Below are positions 48,502 through 50,937 of a DNA stretch of 50,937 nt, in pieces. Numbering within the stretch: the stretch's first letter is position 1; the number at the start of each line of letters is the position of its first letter. The translations under genes and the position numbers were made by a program. This DNA is from Bacillota bacterium. GTDB taxonomy: Bacteria; Bacillota; Clostridia; Christensenellales; CAG-138. The DNA is taken from contig JAEXFV010000022.1 of assembly GCA_023451115.1 (NCBI GenBank), positions 1 through 50,937 of the forward strand, read 5' to 3'. A model generated the notes under the pieces. It ran no database searches and had not been told where the DNA came from. It was given only the letters and a program-made list of their open reading frames with translations.

Positions 48502-49461
48502 TTAACCAATCACTTCGCTCCACTCCAGGGTCTCGCCGGTGTAGATTGCCATTACCTGCTCTGCACTCAGGTCTTCCAAGGGGTTTTCATTGTTGACGAT
48601 TACCGCAATGCCGTCCATAGCAATCACTGTGGGAGTCAAGCTCTCCAGCTCGCTGTCCTTCAGCGCCCGAGAAGCCATGCCGATGTCGCAAATACCCTCG
48701 ATTGCCGCATTCATACCAGTGGAGGAGTCGCTCTGCTGGATTTCAATTTCTGCATTGGGGTTGACTGCCAGGTATGCTTCCTTGAGTTTTTCCATTACAG
48801 GGGTTACAGAGGAAGAACCCGCGACAACCACTTTACCTTCGGGAGTTGCGCCGTCATAAGCTGCTGCGCCTTCTACAACCGCAATGTAGCCATTGTCTTC
48901 CACGATCTTCTGCCCGTCTGCGCTCAGAATATAATTGATAAACGCTTGAGCGGCTTCGCTCAGTTCAGACTTGGTGGCGATGTTAAAGGGGCGGGCGATC
49001 TCGTAGGAACCGGACTTGATGTTATCTACCGTAGCCTCAACGCCGTTGATTTTTACTGCTTTTACGGTATTGTTTAAGGAGCCCAGGGAGATGTAGCCAA
49101 TCGCGTATGGATCGCCGGCTACGGCAGTCATCATAACGGAAGTGCTGTTGGTGATGCTGGCTTCCACCGTAGTCATGTCCACCTTGTTGCCGGCGGCATC
49201 CTTCTGCTCTACGCCAAACAATTCAATAAACGCGCCGCGGGTACCGGAGCCGTCTTCCCGGGAGTTCACGTTGATTTCCCTGGTCGTGTCAAAATCGGTT
49301 TCCGGGGATTGTACCGGCGCTTCACTGGCAGCAGGCGCCTGGCTTTCAGCGGGGACCTGAGAGGGTGCAGCGCTGGCATCTGGCTGCGATTGGGTGGCAC
49401 AACCCGTAAATACTGAGATGGCTAACAATATTACCATTGCCAAACTTAAAATCTTCTTCAT
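48502..49461 (-). CDS. pstS: phosphate-binding lipoprotein PstS
   Basis: Lipobox FTGC, Ser/Ala/Pro-rich linker, PBP fold. Confidence 0.85.
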   Translation of the reverse strand: MKKILSLAMVILLAISVFTGCATQSQPDASAAPSQVPAESQAPAASEAPVQSPETDFDTTREINVNSREDGSGTRGAFIELFGVEQKDAAGNKVDMTTVEASITNSTSVMMTAVAGDPYAIGYISLGSLNNTVKAVKINGVEATVDNIKSGSYEIARPFNIATKSELSEAAQAFINYILSADGQKIVEDNGYIAVVEGAAAYDGATPEGKVVVAGSSSVTPVMEKLKEAYLAVNPNAEIEIQQSDSSTGMNAAIEGICDIGMASRALKDSELESLTPTVIAMDGIAVIVNNENPLEDLSAEQVMAIYTGETLEWSEVIG

Positions 49462-49504
49462 GTTTTTTCTCTCCTTTTCTTTCTTACGAGGTTATCTTAC
49501 TGCA

Positions 49505-49555
49505 TTTATATCATGTGCAAATATTGGAATGGTCAAATGTATGTAAAACTTTCCA
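49505..49555 (-). promoter_or_regulatory. pst promoter with Pho-box-like direct repeats
   Basis: -10 TATAAAT (rc of 49505-49511). Upstream repeats TTTACA/TTGACC/TTGCAC at about 11-bp periodicity replace a -35 element. Confidence 0.35.
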
Positions 49556-49564
49556 TAGCAAAAA

Positions 49565-49592
49565 GGCCCTGCCAAAATTTGGCAGGGCCTTT
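49565..49592 (-). terminator. intrinsic terminator after SIS gene
   Basis: AGGCCCTGCC-n7-GGCAGGGCCT stem plus a T-run. Confidence 0.65.
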
Positions 49593-49629
49593 GTTTCCAG
49601 CTTATTGTTTCGTTATTATATCAGATTGA

Positions 49630-50610
49630 TCAATACTCCACCTTCCACATATAACGGCGGGTGGTGGCTGGGTGATTTTTCTTTTCCGCCAGCTCCTGCA
49701 AAAATACCTGCTGCAGCATGGGTGTGAGCACCAACTGGCAAAAATACTGGGATACTGCAGGATCCAAATCCGCTAAGCCGGTTTGCTGGGCATCCAGCAC
49801 ATACAGCCGTTTGCCATAGGTACGCAAAAACTTCATTGCCCGCATATCCACCGGACGGGTAGGGCCAGTGCTCAGCAAGCACACGATGGGCAATTTTTCA
49901 TCCACCGTTTCAAAGGGCCCATGTACCAACTCTGCAAAATTTACCGTAGGAGAATGCACCCACTGCATCTCCATCAGGTTGCAGATGGAGAAAATATAAG
50001 CCGCCCCTGTGCTGGGGCCTGCGCCCATAACATAAATCAGGTCATCATTGCAGCACTCCTGCGCAAAGCGAACCGCCTCCGGACGCATGGACACCTTAGC
50101 CTGCTCAAAAATCTCATCCAACTTATCAATGGCCTTACAAAAAGCAGGATAGTTGTCATACCCTTCCAACTGTTCCAACAGCTCCACCGCCAACTCCAGC
50201 ACCAGTACATCATTGGTGTCGGTAATGGGCTCATTTTCCTTGGCTACGCTTATATACGGAATGATATAATCGCTGGCCTTGGTCATTTCCGATTCCTCTA
50301 CATAAAAGGAAACGGTAGTGGCGCCTGCGGCTTTGGCAGCTTTTACCGCCTCTGCCGTTTCTGCAGTGCCCCGCATGGAGCAGGCAATGACAACACTGCG
50401 CTCGTTGCAGGACTTGGGCATGGCATGTACAAATTCATTGCTATTGTACATCCCCACTTTTAGGTTTTTGCTTTCATGTGCCAGAAAATACTGGCCGGGA
50501 TAGTGTACGGCAAAGGAGCCGCCGCATCCTACGAAAAAAATACTGTCAATGGTGATTCCCTGCTGCTGCTTCTGGGCAATTATGTCGCGTACAAGTTTTT
50601 GAAACCGCAT
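49630..50610 (-). CDS. tandem SIS-domain sugar-phosphate isomerase/deaminase-like protein (AgaS/FrlB type)
   Basis: Two SIS domains. 326 aa. GGAGGA RBS. Confidence 0.8.
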   Translation of the reverse strand: MRFQKLVRDIIAQKQQQGITIDSIFFVGCGGSFAVHYPGQYFLAHESKNLKVGMYNSNEFVHAMPKSCNERSVVIACSMRGTAETAEAVKAAKAAGATTVSFYVEESEMTKASDYIIPYISVAKENEPITDTNDVLVLELAVELLEQLEGYDNYPAFCKAIDKLDEIFEQAKVSMRPEAVRFAQECCNDDLIYVMGAGPSTGAAYIFSICNLMEMQWVHSPTVNFAELVHGPFETVDEKLPIVCLLSTGPTRPVDMRAMKFLRTYGKRLYVLDAQQTGLADLDPAVSQYFCQLVLTPMLQQVFLQELAEKKNHPATTRRYMWKVEY

Positions 50611-50625
50611 AGCATCCTCCGTTTT

Positions 50626-50645
50626 ATGATGTCTGCAGACATCAT
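50626..50645. promoter_or_regulatory. perfect 20-bp palindrome ATGATGTCTGCAGACATCAT adjacent to SIS gene RBS
   Basis: Exactly self-complementary. Located between the likely promoter and the RBS of the SIS gene. Confidence 0.4.
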
Positions 50646-50937
50646 TGAATGAAACTACTATATCATTTCATAAGGCCCTTGTAAAGCCCTATTACCAGGT
50701 TTTTGAAAACTAGCAAAACTCCTTCTTGGGATTTGATTTAGAACGATTTCTCTACCGCTAAAGTGCAGTGCTCTAGCAGGACAAGTTCATTCAAACACTA
50801 TGGATTTTCCCCCGGAGAGTAAAATGCCACCGAAGAAATCGCGTATTTTATGGTATCCCCCAGATGCACTCGTTTTGAGATATGTAAAGGATTCCCGTCC
50901 TGATCATTTACATAATCCCGTATCAGCATTAATGCTT

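Overview
This is about 51 kb of chromosomal DNA from a mid-GC Firmicutes (Clostridia-type) genome. Most of it is housekeeping or metabolic, with a few accessory insertions.

Gene content, in order along the window:
- The window starts inside what looks like the 3' end of a tmRNA (ssrA) gene with its own terminator.
- An about 1.5 kb ORF-poor tract follows. It contains a hairpin that looks like domain V of a group II intron.
- A purine salvage/catabolism cluster comes next:
  - a GntR regulator;
  - a BMP-lipoprotein nucleoside ABC transporter;
  - an unknown lipoprotein;
  - a three-subunit xanthine-dehydrogenase-family molybdoenzyme;
  - a guanine-deaminase-like deaminase;
  - adenine deaminase.
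- An IS5-family insertion sequence with a split transposase follows the purine cluster.
- A long minus-strand molybdenum operon follows, carrying a MoCF-domain protein, moaC, moaA, a MOSC-MogA fusion and modABC.
- A small islet carries a nucleotidyltransferase and a tautomerase.
- Then come a PAS-GGDEF diguanylate cyclase and a minus-strand operon of an HTH protein, NfeD, flotillin and threonine aldolase, followed by ylmC.
- Next are an nrdR that carries an in-frame stop at codon 5 and pgeF.
- An adhE, kinase and [2Fe-2S] ferredoxin operon has a Rex-box upstream.
- On the minus strand an ACT-domain protein, butyrate kinase and an MFS-acyltransferase fusion form an operon.
- These are followed by a PrsA-like PPIase, a small GIY-YIG protein and a GerM lipoprotein.
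- mgtE sits behind a structured leader.
- The window ends with a complete pstSCAB-phoU-phoPR operon and a tandem-SIS isomerase gene that has a perfect 20-bp operator-like palindrome.

No CRISPR array, rRNA gene or recognisable defence system was seen. The points most worth a second look are:
- the ORF-poor tract after ssrA;
- the interrupted nrdR;
- the tandem iterons in front of the nucleoside transporter;
- the leaders of the Moco operon and of mgtE;
- the buk-acyltransferase and adhE-kinase gene pairings.
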